Source: Nitrospirae bacterium MYbin3
GTDB taxonomy: Bacteria; Nitrospirota; Thermodesulfovibrionia; Thermodesulfovibrionales; Dissulfurispiraceae
Direction: 5' to 3'
DNA length: 64,000 nt
NCBI GenBank assembly: GCA_002753335.1
Contig: PEAD01000008.1
Span: forward strand, 1-64,000
Shown: in pieces, positions 40,706-51,364 of the stretch
Layout of the letters: the number at the start of each line of letters is the position of its first letter
Position numbering within the stretch: position 1 is the stretch's first letter
The notes under the pieces: model-generated
Databases searched by the model: none
Told to the model about the DNA's origin: nothing
What the model saw: only the letters and a program-made list of their open reading frames with translations
Program-made: the position numbers and the translations under genes

Positions 40706-41767
40706 TCAGCCAACAACCTCAAGATCCCTGTTTAGCGATGTAAGAATTTCACACCCATTAGAGGTCGCCAATGCCATATCCTCTATCCTAACTCCACCAA
40801 CACCCGGAAGATAAATACCGGGCTCAACAGTAACAACAGCTCCTTCAGCAATCTTGTCTTTAGAAGTCCATGACAATCTCGGCGCCTCGTGAATATCGAG
40901 TCCTACACCATGACCGGTGCCGTGGCCAAAAAAATCACCATAACCTGCCTCTTTTATTCTCACACGTGCAGCTGCATCAACCGCCTTGCATCCAACACCG
41001 GCTCTCAAAACCGCCAATGCTTTTTTACGCGCATCGTCAACAATTGAGTATATCTTTCTTTTTTCATGCGAAGAGCCGCCAGCAGCAAGCAAAGTTCTCG
41101 TCATGTCTGAATAGTATCCGGAGGCTTCCCCGCCCCAGTCAATTATAACAAAATCTCCCTTTTCAATCTTCTTTTGGCTTGCCCGGGCATGAGGCATAGC
41201 CGAATTTGCGCCTGAAGCCACTATTATTTCGAATGGTATGCTTCTGCAGCCCTCTTTCTTGAGCTGTTCTTCAAGCCTTCGGGCGATCTCGATTTCTTTG
41301 GCTCCTGTTTTAACATAAGGTTTAATCTTCAAGAAAGCTTTTTCGGCCCTTTCAACTGCAGCTCTTATTTTTGAAATCTCTCCTGACTCTTTTTTAGCCC
41401 TCGCCTTTTCAACAATATCAGTCCCCGGCAAGAGCTTAAATTTTAGATCAGCAAGGCCTTTATAAAACTCGTACGATACCGAGGCTTCGAATCCTATTTT
41501 TTTGATTTTCAGTTTTTTTGCAAACGCTTTTATAGTTGCAATGCGGCTGCCCTTCTCTATGACTATATCCCAGCCTTCAACCTCTTTAGAAATCTGCTCC
41601 TGGTAACGGAAATCTGTAAACACAAATCTTCTGTCCGGTGTAACCAGAGCAAATGCTGATGAGCCGGTAAACCCTGCAAGATACCGAACATTCTTTATGG
41701 ATGTGATGACGAAAGCATCGATGCCTTTTGCTTTGATGAATCTGTGTACGAAGTAAAGCCTTTGCAT
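40706..41767 (-). CDS. Xaa-Pro aminopeptidase (M24B)
   Basis: YLAGFTGS, TDFRY, SDMTRT, GHGTGHGVGLDIHE, VEPGIY, GVRIED. Confidence 0.93.
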   Translation of the reverse strand: MQRLYFVHRFIKAKGIDAFVITSIKNVRYLAGFTGSSAFALVTPDRRFVFTDFRYQEQISKEVEGWDIVIEKGSRIATIKAFAKKLKIKKIGFEASVSYEFYKGLADLKFKLLPGTDIVEKARAKKESGEISKIRAAVERAEKAFLKIKPYVKTGAKEIEIARRLEEQLKKEGCRSIPFEIIVASGANSAMPHARASQKKIEKGDFVIIDWGGEASGYYSDMTRTLLAAGGSSHEKRKIYSIVDDARKKALAVLRAGVGCKAVDAAARVRIKEAGYGDFFGHGTGHGVGLDIHEAPRLSWTSKDKIAEGAVVTVEPGIYLPGVGGVRIEDMALATSNGCEILTSLNRDLEVVG

Positions 41768-41784
41768 TTTATCCGATTTAAAGC

Positions 41785-42717
41785 TCAGTCTGCGGTTTCC
41801 GCAAAAACTCTTTCTCTGCCGACACCTTCACGTCCAAAGCGCATGTTAACGCCATCCAGAAAACGTTCGAGTTTGGCTATCACAGAATGTTTGTCTTCGG
41901 CCGGAAATCTCCGGTGTACTGCATCAAGGAATTTATTCAGCCTGTCCAGCAGGACATCCTTGTCCATGCCTGAGAATTGAACCAAAGTCTTAAGATCTTC
42001 AAGCCCCTGCAATGCGCGGACGTCCTGGGGGTCTTCAGAAAGCATCTCTTTATAAACATCCATCGCTTCCTTGTAATCACCCTCAGAGACAAAACGCTGC
42101 GCCAAAGAAAAGTTATCTTCGGCTTCGGCAGACGGTTCAATCGGCAGCTCTTCAGCCTCGGCATACAAAATTGGAGTCTCCAGTTCCTGCTCCAATACAG
42201 GGGCCGCAATAACCGCCTCTCCCTGTATTTGTTCAGACGCCTCTTCTGCCAAAGAAATGTTCTCTTCCAAAAGAGTTTCGAACACAGGATCTTCTTCTTC
42301 AGACGACTGCTGAATCACTGTCTCCATAGAGCCCAGTGCATTGGATGAAACAAAATCAAACGGATTAATCTCGAGGGCCTTCATGTATTCGGCTGCTGCA
42401 TTGGCATCATCGCCGAGCATTTTATACACCTCGGCAAGCCTGCGGTGTGCATGAAAGTTATCAGGGGCCATTTCTGCTGCCTCGGAAAATTCCTTCTTGG
42501 CCTCTCTAAGCATATTCATCGATACATAAAGTCTGCCAAGTGTAAGGCGGGCCGCGGTGAAATCCGGATTTTTCTTTGTTCCGTCCTTAAGAATAAACAT
42601 CGCGTCTTCGACCATGTCCTGTTTTCTCAGCTCCTCTGCATACGAAAGGAACAGCTTGGATTCTGGCTCGGCCTTGAGTCGCTCCCTGAGATACTTTATA
42701 TACTGACCGTCATTCAT
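41785..42717 (-). CDS. Tetratricopeptide repeat protein
   Basis: N-terminal TPRs (PESKLFLSYAEE...), acidic linker, C-terminal TPR and helices. Confidence 0.8.
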   Translation of the reverse strand: MNDGQYIKYLRERLKAEPESKLFLSYAEELRKQDMVEDAMFILKDGTKKNPDFTAARLTLGRLYVSMNMLREAKKEFSEAAEMAPDNFHAHRRLAEVYKMLGDDANAAAEYMKALEINPFDFVSSNALGSMETVIQQSSEEEDPVFETLLEENISLAEEASEQIQGEAVIAAPVLEQELETPILYAEAEELPIEPSAEAEDNFSLAQRFVSEGDYKEAMDVYKEMLSEDPQDVRALQGLEDLKTLVQFSGMDKDVLLDRLNKFLDAVHRRFPAEDKHSVIAKLERFLDGVNMRFGREGVGRERVFAETAD

Positions 42718-43912
42718 TGTCCGTTTTATCCCTGTACATACGTATTCTGTCAAATATCATAGCTGCAACATTCTCTTTGCTCATAATAGGCAGCGGCAGC
42801 TCGACGATGCTTCCGCTTTTGTCTTTGTTCAGAATCACAACCTCATTTGTATCCTTATCAAACCCTGAGCCTTCTTTGGTGACATCGTTGAATATTATCA
42901 TGTCTATGTTTTTTGCGGTCAGCTTCTTTTTGGCCCTGTCAAGCCTGAAGCCTGTTTCTGCAGAAAATCCCACGGAATAAGGCCTTTTCTTCAGCCTGCA
43001 GGCCTCCTCCAGAATATCCTTTGTCTTTTGCAGGCTCAAAGTTAATGTATCAGGTTTCTCTATTTTACTGGATTCGGTTTTTGCGGGAGAAAAGTCAGAG
43101 ACAGCAGCGGACATAACAAATATCGAGGACATTGGAAAGTTGTCCATAACAGCCTGATGCATTTCGGCCGCAGTTTCAACCCTCACTACTTCAACGCCTT
43201 CGGGCGGTGTCAGGGCAGACGGTCCTGTTATCAGCGTGACCTCAGCGCCCCGTCGCTTCGCAACCGCAGCAATCGCATAACCCATCTTGCCGGATGACCT
43301 GTTCGATACATATCGTATCGGGTCTATATACTCTCTGGTGGGGCCTGCAGTTACGAGAACCTGCTCCCCTGCAAGGTCCTGTTCTGTAAGTTCGGCCCTT
43401 ATCTTTTCCATAATACTGTTTATTCCGGTCATTCTGCCGATACCTTCTTCTCCGCAGGCAAGCTCACCCTTTTCGGGGCCGACAAAAATCACGCCGATAG
43501 ATTCAAGGTATCTAATATTCTTCTGCACCTGTGGGCTTTCGTACATGCGCCGGTTCATGGCAGGCGCTATTATCACCTTTCCCTGAAAAGCCATCATAGT
43601 CGTGCTCAGCATATCATCGGCTATGCCGTTTGCATACTTTCCTATACAATTGGCGGTTGCAGGAGCAACCACAAGCAGATCTGAAGTGGCAGGAAGAGCA
43701 ACATGCGAAAGCGGAGGGTCGAACATGTCACGATAAACATGCCCGCCGGATGCTATCTCGGCAGACAGAGGGGTTATAAAACGTTGAGAGGCTTCGGTCA
43801 TTATCACCCTGACCGAAGCCTCTTCTTTTTTAATGAGCCTTATAAGCTCTATGGCTTTATATGCAGCTACACTTCCGGTAACGCCTAAAAGTATAGATTT
43901 GCCTTTCAGCAC
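42710..43912 (-). CDS. coaBC: Bifunctional phosphopantothenoylcysteine decarboxylase/synthetase
   Basis: GVTGSVAAYK, APATAN, PAMN, TAGPTRE.IDPIR, SNRSSGKMG. Confidence 0.98.
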   Translation of the reverse strand: MLKGKSILLGVTGSVAAYKAIELIRLIKKEEASVRVIMTEASQRFITPLSAEIASGGHVYRDMFDPPLSHVALPATSDLLVVAPATANCIGKYANGIADDMLSTTMMAFQGKVIIAPAMNRRMYESPQVQKNIRYLESIGVIFVGPEKGELACGEEGIGRMTGINSIMEKIRAELTEQDLAGEQVLVTAGPTREYIDPIRYVSNRSSGKMGYAIAAVAKRRGAEVTLITGPSALTPPEGVEVVRVETAAEMHQAVMDNFPMSSIFVMSAAVSDFSPAKTESSKIEKPDTLTLSLQKTKDILEEACRLKKRPYSVGFSAETGFRLDRAKKKLTAKNIDMIIFNDVTKEGSGFDKDTNEVVILNKDKSGSIVELPLPIMSKENVAAMIFDRIRMYRDKTDNE

Positions 43913-44301
43913 TATTCCTCGCTGTCATCCGCCTCGCTGAACAGCTCTTCGAGCGCCTTTTCGGGTGCGCCCTTCTCGTGCAGATATACCTTGAGGTCTT
44001 TTTCGAGTTCCGAAAGATCTTCGATAGGACGCCTTTTGTCTTCCATCATCTTGCGGTAATCTATCTTCTCGGCCTTTTCCCTCGCAACTACCGCCTCTTC
44101 GCCTTCGAGAAAATCAACTATGCCTTCGGAGGTTTCGATAAGGGCTGTAGTCGTCACCTTCTTATATTTCCCCTGAATCTTCGGCTTCACCCCCAACGCA
44201 AGCTCCCGCGCCCTCTGTGATGCCAGCGAAACCAGCCTGTACCTGCTGTCTATCCTTTTTTTGTCCTGTTCGACAGGAAGAGATATTATATCAATATCCA
44301 T
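43912..44301 (-). CDS. rpoZ: RNA polymerase omega subunit (C-terminally extended)
   Basis: DSRYRLV..ASQRAREL, KVTTTALIE; canonical gmk-rpoZ-coaBC order. Confidence 0.9.
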   Translation of the reverse strand: MDIDIISLPVEQDKKRIDSRYRLVSLASQRARELALGVKPKIQGKYKKVTTTALIETSEGIVDFLEGEEAVVAREKAEKIDYRKMMEDKRRPIEDLSELEKDLKVYLHEKGAPEKALEELFSEADDSEE

Positions 44302-44917
44302 TTTTATCCTCCTTAAAAAATTGTTCTTTTATCCATGAGCTGTCAACCCTCTCGGTCTTAAGCCTTTCTGCGGTGATTATCGAAGCGAACTCGTCAAATG
44401 CCTTCTCAAGACTGTCGTTTACTATAACATAATTGTAATTTTTATACCCGCTTATCTCGTCAGAGGCAATTTTTAGCCGCCTTTCTATCACTTCAGCCGC
44501 ATCACTCATCCTTCCCTCTAGCCTCTGCCTCAATATTTCTTTCGACGGCGGCAATATAAATATCAGAACACTGTCAGGGAAATACTTTCGTATCTCCCGC
44601 CCGCCCTGCACATCTATATCCAAAAGAAGGTCTGTACCGGAAGAAACCATCGAAGATACGAATTCTCTCGAAGTGCCGTAATAATTTCCGTGAACCTCGG
44701 CCCACTCCAAAAATTCGCCCTTTTCAATCATGCCAAGAAAATTCTGCTTTTCAACAAAAAAATAGTGGACACCATCAACTTCGCCCTCCCTTGGCTTTCT
44801 TGTGGTGTACGAAACTGAATGTTTTATTTCCGGAAAAAGTTCAGAGAGTTTTTGGCATAATGTTGTCTTGCCCGCCCCAGAAGGCGCAGAGATGACAAAA
44901 AGCACACCTTTCCTCAT
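44291..44917 (-). CDS. gmk: Guanylate kinase
   Basis: APSGAGKTT, SYTTRKPREGEVDGVHY, EWAEVHGNYYGT. Confidence 0.98.
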   Translation of the reverse strand: MRKGVLFVISAPSGAGKTTLCQKLSELFPEIKHSVSYTTRKPREGEVDGVHYFFVEKQNFLGMIEKGEFLEWAEVHGNYYGTSREFVSSMVSSGTDLLLDIDVQGGREIRKYFPDSVLIFILPPSKEILRQRLEGRMSDAAEVIERRLKIASDEISGYKNYNYVIVNDSLEKAFDEFASIITAERLKTERVDSSWIKEQFFKEDKNGY

Positions 44918-45175
44918 CTATTCTTTTTCCTCTTCGCCGGCCGATATTCTCTGTGTAAGAGTTTCGACATTAATAGCCGAAAGAACAATATGGTCGCTGT
45001 CGGTCACCAGTATGGCCCTTATTTTCTTGCCTTCGGTCGCGTCTATAAGCTTTCCGGACTCTTTGGCTTCCTGTCTGAGTTTTTTTATGGGGGTTGAGCC
45101 GGGGTTTACAATTGCTACTACTCTGGCCGCGGCAATGACATTACCGAAGCCGATGTTTATAAGTACAGGTTTCAT
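44918..45175 (-). CDS. remA: DUF370 / RemA family regulator
   Basis: LINIGFGN, LIDATEGKK, DSDHIVLSA. Confidence 0.92.
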   Translation of the reverse strand: MKPVLINIGFGNVIAAARVVAIVNPGSTPIKKLRQEAKESGKLIDATEGKKIRAILVTDSDHIVLSAINVETLTQRISAGEEEKE

Positions 45176-46020
45176 TGGATGTTCTGGGCCTGCTCCCTTA
45201 ATTTTTCTATATGCGATTTTATCTCGATGGTATAGTTGATGACAGATATATCATCCGATTTGGAAGCGATGGTATTGGTTTCCCGCATAATCTCCTGCAG
45301 TATAAAATCAAGCTTTCTTCCTATAGCTTCTTTTTTTGACAAAAGAGATTCGAACTGCTGCAGATGGCTCTTAAGCCGGGCAAGCTCTTCGGCTATATCA
45401 GCTTTTTGGGCCAGAAGCGCAACCTCCTGAGCAAGCCTGCCTTCATCGATAGCAATAGATGAAGCGATTTCGGCCACCTTTTTTGAAAGCTGCTCTTTTA
45501 AACGTGATGAAACATTTCCGGCGCAGTCCTTAATCTTTGCGCTGAGCCCCTCTATAAGCCTTATGTGCGCTTTAAGCTCCCTGCCGAGGGCTTCTCCTTC
45601 ATGCTGCCTCATAGCGTCAATCCGGTTCAGGGCCTCTTTCACCGCCGCATACAGGTCTTCCGCGCTGAATGCCGCATCTTCCATTAAAAGCGCTTCCCTG
45701 TAGCCCGAAAAAAAGTCAATCTTTATCTCGCCCGGAATCAAAAGCTCTCTCTTCATTTCGGCAAAAGCATCATAGATTCCCTTCATAAGCTCTTTGTTAA
45801 CGCTGACATTCTGCTGCCTTTTTCCTGTCAATGATATTGTGATGTCGAACTTGCCGCGCGCAAAGCGTTCGCGGATAAGATTTCGCACCGGAATTTCATG
45901 CTCAAGCATCATAGAAGGCATGCGCACCGTTATATCGAGATAGCGGTGGTTCAGCGAACGCATTTCGGCCTTCATTCCGTTTACCTCTGCTGCACCAAAG
46001 CCTGTCATGCTCTGAATCAA
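45172..46020 (-). CDS. yicC: YicC/YloC family endoribonuclease
   Basis: SMTGFG, SLNHRYLD, EELARL.SH, GRKLDF..QE..RE.NT, REQAQN. Confidence 0.95.
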   Translation of the reverse strand: MIQSMTGFGAAEVNGMKAEMRSLNHRYLDITVRMPSMMLEHEIPVRNLIRERFARGKFDITISLTGKRQQNVSVNKELMKGIYDAFAEMKRELLIPGEIKIDFFSGYREALLMEDAAFSAEDLYAAVKEALNRIDAMRQHEGEALGRELKAHIRLIEGLSAKIKDCAGNVSSRLKEQLSKKVAEIASSIAIDEGRLAQEVALLAQKADIAEELARLKSHLQQFESLLSKKEAIGRKLDFILQEIMRETNTIASKSDDISVINYTIEIKSHIEKLREQAQNIQ

Positions 46021-46283
46021 AATTTAACCCCTGTAAGTTTTATAGTTTTTTTTCTGGATGTTTCGCCCTTGAATATTACAACATCGCTCTTTCTTATTCC
46101 AAACTGCTCGGCCAATAGCTTGACAAGCTGCTCGTTGGCAGCGCCGTCAACAGGCGGGGCGGTCAACTTTGCCTTGATTATGCCGTCTTCCCCTAGAACT
46201 ATCCCCTTTTTAGAGGATTTGGGAATAACTTTAACTTCAATAATAATACCGTCTTGAACCTTAGTATGGGGAAGGTTCATCAA
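46017..46283 (-). CDS. DUF167 (YggU) family protein
   Basis: VKVIPKS, APPVDGAAN, GETSRKK. Confidence 0.9.
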   Translation of the reverse strand: MMNLPHTKVQDGIIIEVKVIPKSSKKGIVLGEDGIIKAKLTAPPVDGAANEQLVKLLAEQFGIRKSDVVIFKGETSRKKTIKLTGVKF

Positions 46284-46319
46284 TTGTTATCTGCAATATG
46301 CAAGCGTGGAAAAACTTGC

Positions 46320-48275
46320 TTATACCTTGCCGCACTCCCGTTTAATGCCGTCCAGCAGGCTCACAATCTCATCTGATGTGTCTTCCGCCTCTTTGAAAAG
46401 CTTCTCTGCCCTCTTGGTGTCACCCGCATAATGCAGCCTCAATATTTCTTTTGCCATCAAGTGTACCTTCTCATGCGGATTATCTACGGCCTTAAATGAG
46501 GGAAGCGTTCCGCACATCTGTTTTCCCTGATCGTCATACCATTTCCCGAATCTGCATGTATGATGAGTCGGAAGCTGCTCCGGATCGAGCCTGAGGTCTC
46601 CTTTGAGACAGGCGCCAATTTTATTCATAAAAGTCCTGTGGTCTGTTTTGGCAAGATCAAGTATCATAAGTTCACTGCCCTTTGTCTTAAAGCTCGCGGA
46701 TGAATCCCTGAGATGCTCACCAACCTTAATAAGACCAGCCACCTCATGCATAACATCGTCCGCAAGATGTTCAAGATCCTTCGATATTGAAGATGTCTTT
46801 TCGATATTATTGGCAACCTCCTCGGACGCAGCAGACTGTTCTTCAACCGCTGTGGCTATCTGGGTTATCTGGTCTTTAACCTTCTGCACAGCGCAAACAA
46901 TGTTGTTCAGGGTATCGCCCACCTGCTTTATGTAATCGGTCGCTTTTGTAACCTCTGCAGAGGCCTCTTCCATGGATCTGGTTGTATGGGCAGATTCGGA
47001 CTGAACAGCGCCGATCTTATCCGAAATCTCTACCGTAGCCTTTATTGTTTTCTCGGCCAGTTTTCTCACCTCATCCGCTACAACAGCAAAACCGCGCCCC
47101 TGCTCTCCAGCACGCGCAGCCTCGATAGCCGCATTCAGCGCCAAGAGGTTTGTCTGGTCCGCTATATCTTTAATAACGGTCAAAATATCGCCAATCTCGG
47201 CCGTTCTTCCGTTAAGCTTTTCTATCATGGCTGATAAATCAACCGTTGACCTATATACACGGTTTACGGTTTCTACAGCGCCATCTGCCACTTCTTTACC
47301 TTTAGTGGCTGTATCCATCGCCTCTACCGAAGAAGTGGAGGCCTCGGAAGCATTTCTGGCGATATCGGTTATGGTCTGGGACATCTCCTCCGCTGCCGTG
47401 GCGATTTGTGCAGCCTGTGCCGACTGGGTGCGCGTCCCGGCTATGGTCTTCTCTGCCCTGACCTTTAAGACATCCACTATCGAAATTATATTGGTAGCTC
47501 CGGTCAGAATACCGTTTATTGTATCGTTGAAAGTACCAGACATTTTTTTGATATGCTTGGCCAAAACGCCTATCTCATCGTCTTTTTCTATTTTTATATC
47601 GATCCTCAAATCCCCGCCTGCCAAAGTTTCTACACCCTCCGAAATATGGGCGAGTTCATTTTTGATCGGTCTTGCCAAAAGAAAAATTCCCCCGACAACT
47701 ACCAGCAATAGGATAAGCGCATAAACCGCAAGAACAACCCAATCCATTTTCTGCTGCATAGCTACAGCTTCATCTGTTTCTGACCCCATCTTTTTGCTCG
47801 CAAAGCTTTTCAGCTCTGCCAAGGCTGACTGAGTCTCTTTCAACGCCGGTTGTGTTTCTTCTATAAATATCTTTTCTGCCAAAGGCCTTTTGCCGTCCTT
47901 AAGCGCGGCTATTATCTTTGCGGCTGTTTCATGAAGTTTTTTATGCGGGGCTTCGATCTTTTTAAAGATATTCTCAACTTCCTTGGAGGGTCTGTAGGAG
48001 TAGTACCATTCACCGAACTTGCATTTTGTATGGTCGAGCTTGCCCGCAAATTCCTTGCCCTGCATAATTGTTCCTACAGAAAGCGCTTCTGCCCATTTGA
48101 AATGGTCAACTATCCTCTCTCCCAGAAGATCGACCAGTTCAGAATATTCATGAACATCATTAAGCATCTCTTTCGTTGTATTAATTGTTACGCGTGAAAA
48201 GATCCCGAGACAGATCAGAATGGCCGCAAGGATTCCGATACCGAAATAAATCTTGTTCGTAATGGTAAGTTTCAC
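46320..48275 (-). CDS. Methyl-accepting chemotaxis protein with periplasmic and C-terminal CZB domains
   Basis: TM-CZB (DHFKW..CKFGEW..HKKLH)-TM-HAMP-signalling domain ([31 protein letters not shown])-CZB (DHRTF..CRFGKW..HEKVH); probable GTG start at 48275. Confidence 0.93.
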   Translation of the reverse strand: MKLTITNKIYFGIGILAAILICLGIFSRVTINTTKEMLNDVHEYSELVDLLGERIVDHFKWAEALSVGTIMQGKEFAGKLDHTKCKFGEWYYSYRPSKEVENIFKKIEAPHKKLHETAAKIIAALKDGKRPLAEKIFIEETQPALKETQSALAELKSFASKKMGSETDEAVAMQQKMDWVVLAVYALILLLVVVGGIFLLARPIKNELAHISEGVETLAGGDLRIDIKIEKDDEIGVLAKHIKKMSGTFNDTINGILTGATNIISIVDVLKVRAEKTIAGTRTQSAQAAQIATAAEEMSQTITDIARNASEASTSSVEAMDTATKGKEVADGAVETVNRVYRSTVDLSAMIEKLNGRTAEIGDILTVIKDIADQTNLLALNAAIEAARAGEQGRGFAVVADEVRKLAEKTIKATVEISDKIGAVQSESAHTTRSMEEASAEVTKATDYIKQVGDTLNNIVCAVQKVKDQITQIATAVEEQSAASEEVANNIEKTSSISKDLEHLADDVMHEVAGLIKVGEHLRDSSASFKTKGSELMILDLAKTDHRTFMNKIGACLKGDLRLDPEQLPTHHTCRFGKWYDDQGKQMCGTLPSFKAVDNPHEKVHLMAKEILRLHYAGDTKRAEKLFKEAEDTSDEIVSLLDGIKRECGKV

Positions 48276-48300
48276 GTTCCCCACCCCCATATCAAATTTT

Positions 48301-48316
48301 ATTATGTTAACATAAT
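48301..48316. promoter_or_regulatory. Perfect 16-bp palindrome between divergent MCP and PilZ-HD-GYP genes
   Basis: ATTATGTTAACATAAT. Confidence 0.55.
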
Positions 48317-48328
48317 TAACTTGCATAT

Positions 48329-49927
48329 ATGGCTACTGCACAACAAAAAAGAGACTACTTCAGGATGGACATGATGCTGCCTTTTCAGGCTGCGGTGGTC
48401 CGCGAACATAAGGGAGAACACCTTGTCAGCTCAGAATGCGAAGCCTCAAACCTGAAAAACACAATACTGAACATCAGCGGAGGAGGTCTTAACTTCAGGT
48501 CAAAACTGGAGTTCCTGACAGGAGACCTGCTGAAGATGGTTCTTACAGTCCCGCTTTTGATGCCGAGAACCGTTTGCATCTATGGAAAGGTTGTGAAATC
48601 TGATAAGACCCCCAAGGGCAATTATAAAGTGCGGGTGACATTCTCAGGCATAACAGAAAGGGTCAGGGACATCATTATAGGATTTATCATCAAGCATGAA
48701 CGGGATGTGCTGCGAAGCACTCAGCTTCGCGACTCTATGCGCTTCACCGATGTTTCTATTGTAAGGCTTTCGGAAGGAACAGACCTTCCTTTTCAGATTT
48801 ATATTCCAGATAAAGACGGCCCCCGTTTTTTATTCGACTCGGGACTGACTTATGACGGACTTGCAAAGGAATATTTTGAAGAAAGAGGCATTTCGAAAGT
48901 GTATGTTCAGGAGGATGACCTCCCCAATCTGGAAATGTATCTGGAAAAAGTGAGAGGTGTAAAAATAGAGCTGTTTAACCATGAGGACAAAAAGTCTTTC
49001 AAAGAATATTCGTTCAGAAAGCGGCAGCTTCACTGCATCGGCAGACGCGTTCTGCTTCCGCGAACCGAGATAATGTTCAACCTGTACAAGATAGAGCATT
49101 ATAACTACAGCCTGTTTATTGAAGGTTCGCCTTCTACACCGGTTATGCTGGATGAAAATGTTCCGTCCATGCCGGTCGATTTTTTTGTTAGGTTTAAAGA
49201 AATACCTTTGTATCTCGAATATCTAAAAACACTGCCGGAAGATGCTGCACCGCTTGCCCTTAAAGAAAGGGCCTGTGTTGTCATGCATGATGTTCTGGAC
49301 AACTTCACAAACAGCTCAAAAATAATCTCGGGGATGGAAGTGGCACAGGAAATAGTCGCACAATTGCAAAAGGCGCCCGACTCGTTTTATAGAATGCTTA
49401 CCTACGACGCGGTTGATTTTTATCCCTATGTCCATGCCGTGGATGTGGCTGTTTTGAGTGCGCGTACCGCCCTTGCACTCTCTTTTTCTAAGGATGATGT
49501 TGCTGCCCTTACTATCGGCGCCCTCTTTCATGACTTCGGTTTTGGCAGCATCAACGACGAGATAGTCAACAAGCAAGGACGCTTGTCAGATGCTGAAGAA
49601 GAAGTATTCAAAACTCATGTTATAGAAGGCGCGGCCCTGCTCGAACACAACAAAGAATTTCCGAAAAAATCGTTGGCTGCGCTGCTTCATCATCACGAAA
49701 GCCTCGCAGGTAATGGTTATCCAGACGCTCTTTCGGGCAACGAGATTTCGGCCTTCGGACGGATAACCGCTATTGCGGATTCCTATGACCAGCTTACCAC
49801 CCAGCAGCCGTTCAGAACCCGGATGAAACCGGCCCAGGCTCTTTCTGTTATGACAAAAGATGCGGCAAAATACGACCCGATGATACTTGCGGTCTTCATA
49901 AAACTGATAGCCCAGCAGATCAAATGA
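48329..49927 (+). CDS. PilZ + HD-GYP domain c-di-GMP phosphodiesterase
   Basis: RDYFR and NISGGG (PilZ); H..V, HD, HHE, GYP, ADSYD. Confidence 0.88.
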   Translation: MATAQQKRDYFRMDMMLPFQAAVVREHKGEHLVSSECEASNLKNTILNISGGGLNFRSKLEFLTGDLLKMVLTVPLLMPRTVCIYGKVVKSDKTPKGNYKVRVTFSGITERVRDIIIGFIIKHERDVLRSTQLRDSMRFTDVSIVRLSEGTDLPFQIYIPDKDGPRFLFDSGLTYDGLAKEYFEERGISKVYVQEDDLPNLEMYLEKVRGVKIELFNHEDKKSFKEYSFRKRQLHCIGRRVLLPRTEIMFNLYKIEHYNYSLFIEGSPSTPVMLDENVPSMPVDFFVRFKEIPLYLEYLKTLPEDAAPLALKERACVVMHDVLDNFTNSSKIISGMEVAQEIVAQLQKAPDSFYRMLTYDAVDFYPYVHAVDVAVLSARTALALSFSKDDVAALTIGALFHDFGFGSINDEIVNKQGRLSDAEEEVFKTHVIEGAALLEHNKEFPKKSLAALLHHHESLAGNGYPDALSGNEISAFGRITAIADSYDQLTTQQPFRTRMKPAQALSVMTKDAAKYDPMILAVFIKLIAQQIK

Positions 49928-50655
49928 AGGCGCGGCTTGATAAAATTGTTTTAGAAAAAGGCTTTGCTTCTAGCCGCGAACGTGCTCAGGCCCTGATAAT
50001 GGAAGGAAAGGTTTTTGTCAGCGGCATGCCTGCAACCAAAGCAGGTTCTATGTTCGAACCCAATATCGCCATAGAAATAAAAGGCTGCGATATGCCTTAC
50101 GTAAGCCGCGGCGGGCTTAAGCTTGAAGCTGCGCTTGACCATTTTGGCGTATCGCCCGAAGGCAAAGCCGCGATGGATGTGGGAGCTTCCACAGGCGGCT
50201 TTGCAGATTGCATGCTTCAGCGCGGTGCAAAAAAAGTCTACTGCGTGGACGTAGGATATGGCCAGCTTGCATGGAAAATCAGGCAGGACCCGCGTGTCGT
50301 GCTTATAGAAAGAACTAACTTTCGTTACATAGAAAATGAAAAGATCCCCGAACCTATAGACTTAGCTGTCATTGATGTTTCGTTCATCTCGCTGACTCTA
50401 GTTGTGCCTAAAGCGCTCGAATTCCTAAAACAAGACGGCGAGATTATAGCGCTTATCAAGCCTCAATTTGAGGTAGGAAAAGGAGAGGTTGATAAAGGGG
50501 GCATTGTTCGGGATGAACTGAAAAGACAGGTAGCAGTTGAGAAAATACAGATGCATTTTGAAAACCTCAGCCTTCAGGATATCGGAACAATCCAATCCCC
50601 GATTCTGGGGCAAAAAGGTAATGCAGAATATTTAATATACGCAAGACGCGGCTGA
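49924..50655 (+). CDS. tlyA: TlyA family rRNA 2'-O-methyltransferase
   Basis: S4 domain RLD, YVSRGGLKL, DVGASTGGF, DVSFISL, KPQFE, GNAEY. Confidence 0.96.
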   Translation: MKARLDKIVLEKGFASSRERAQALIMEGKVFVSGMPATKAGSMFEPNIAIEIKGCDMPYVSRGGLKLEAALDHFGVSPEGKAAMDVGASTGGFADCMLQRGAKKVYCVDVGYGQLAWKIRQDPRVVLIERTNFRYIENEKIPEPIDLAVIDVSFISLTLVVPKALEFLKQDGEIIALIKPQFEVGKGEVDKGGIVRDELKRQVAVEKIQMHFENLSLQDIGTIQSPILGQKGNAEYLIYARRG

Positions 50656-50694
50656 CAGCATTAGAAACTACTATCTGCTTTTAGGAGGGAATTT

Positions 50695-51306
50695 ATGAAA
50701 ACGCTTATCGTCTATTATTCGATGTACGGACATGTTCACAAAATGGCCGAGTCTGTTGCCGAAGGAGTGAAAGAGGTCGAGGGCGCTGAAGCTGTTCTCA
50801 GACGGGTGCCCGAAACCTTGAGTGACGAAGTTCTCGAAAAAATGGGCGCAAAGGAAGCTCAGAAAAGTTTTAGCCATGTTCCGCTTTGCACGGTTGAAGA
50901 ACTGGCATCTGCGGATGCGATTATTTTCGGAACTCCGACAAGGTTCGGCAATATGTGCGGCCAGATGAGGCAGTTCCTTGATTCTACAGGACAGCTCTGG
51001 ATGCAGGGCGCATTGATAGGCAAGCCGGCCGGCGTATTTGTGAGCACAGCAACGCAGCACGGCGGACAGGAATCGACCATTCTTAATTTTATTCCAACAA
51101 TCCTGCATCACGGCATGATATATGTTGGCCTTCCTTATTCGTTTCAGGGGCAACTGCAGGCAGAAACGGTATCGGGCTGCTCGCCGTACGGCTCATCCAC
51201 AATAGCCGGAACAAAAGGCGAAAAACAACCGGTCGAGAATGATCTTGCAGGTGCACGGTTTCAGGGCAGGCATATAACTCAAGTGGCGGTTAAGCTGAAA
51301 GGATAA
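50695..51306 (+). CDS. wrbA: NAD(P)H:quinone oxidoreductase (flavodoxin-like)
   Basis: YYSMYGH, GTPTRFGNM, TQHGGQE, SPYG. Confidence 0.96.
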   Translation: MKTLIVYYSMYGHVHKMAESVAEGVKEVEGAEAVLRRVPETLSDEVLEKMGAKEAQKSFSHVPLCTVEELASADAIIFGTPTRFGNMCGQMRQFLDSTGQLWMQGALIGKPAGVFVSTATQHGGQESTILNFIPTILHHGMIYVGLPYSFQGQLQAETVSGCSPYGSSTIAGTKGEKQPVENDLAGARFQGRHITQVAVKLKG

Positions 51307-51364
51307 CTGGGACTAAAGCCTTAAATTTTCATTCGCTTTCGGTCAAGAGTTATAATATTCAACA

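Noticed and set aside
43912..44301. Extended RpoZ as a novel fusion
   Set aside because: Charged C-terminal extensions of omega are common and no extra domain is recognisable
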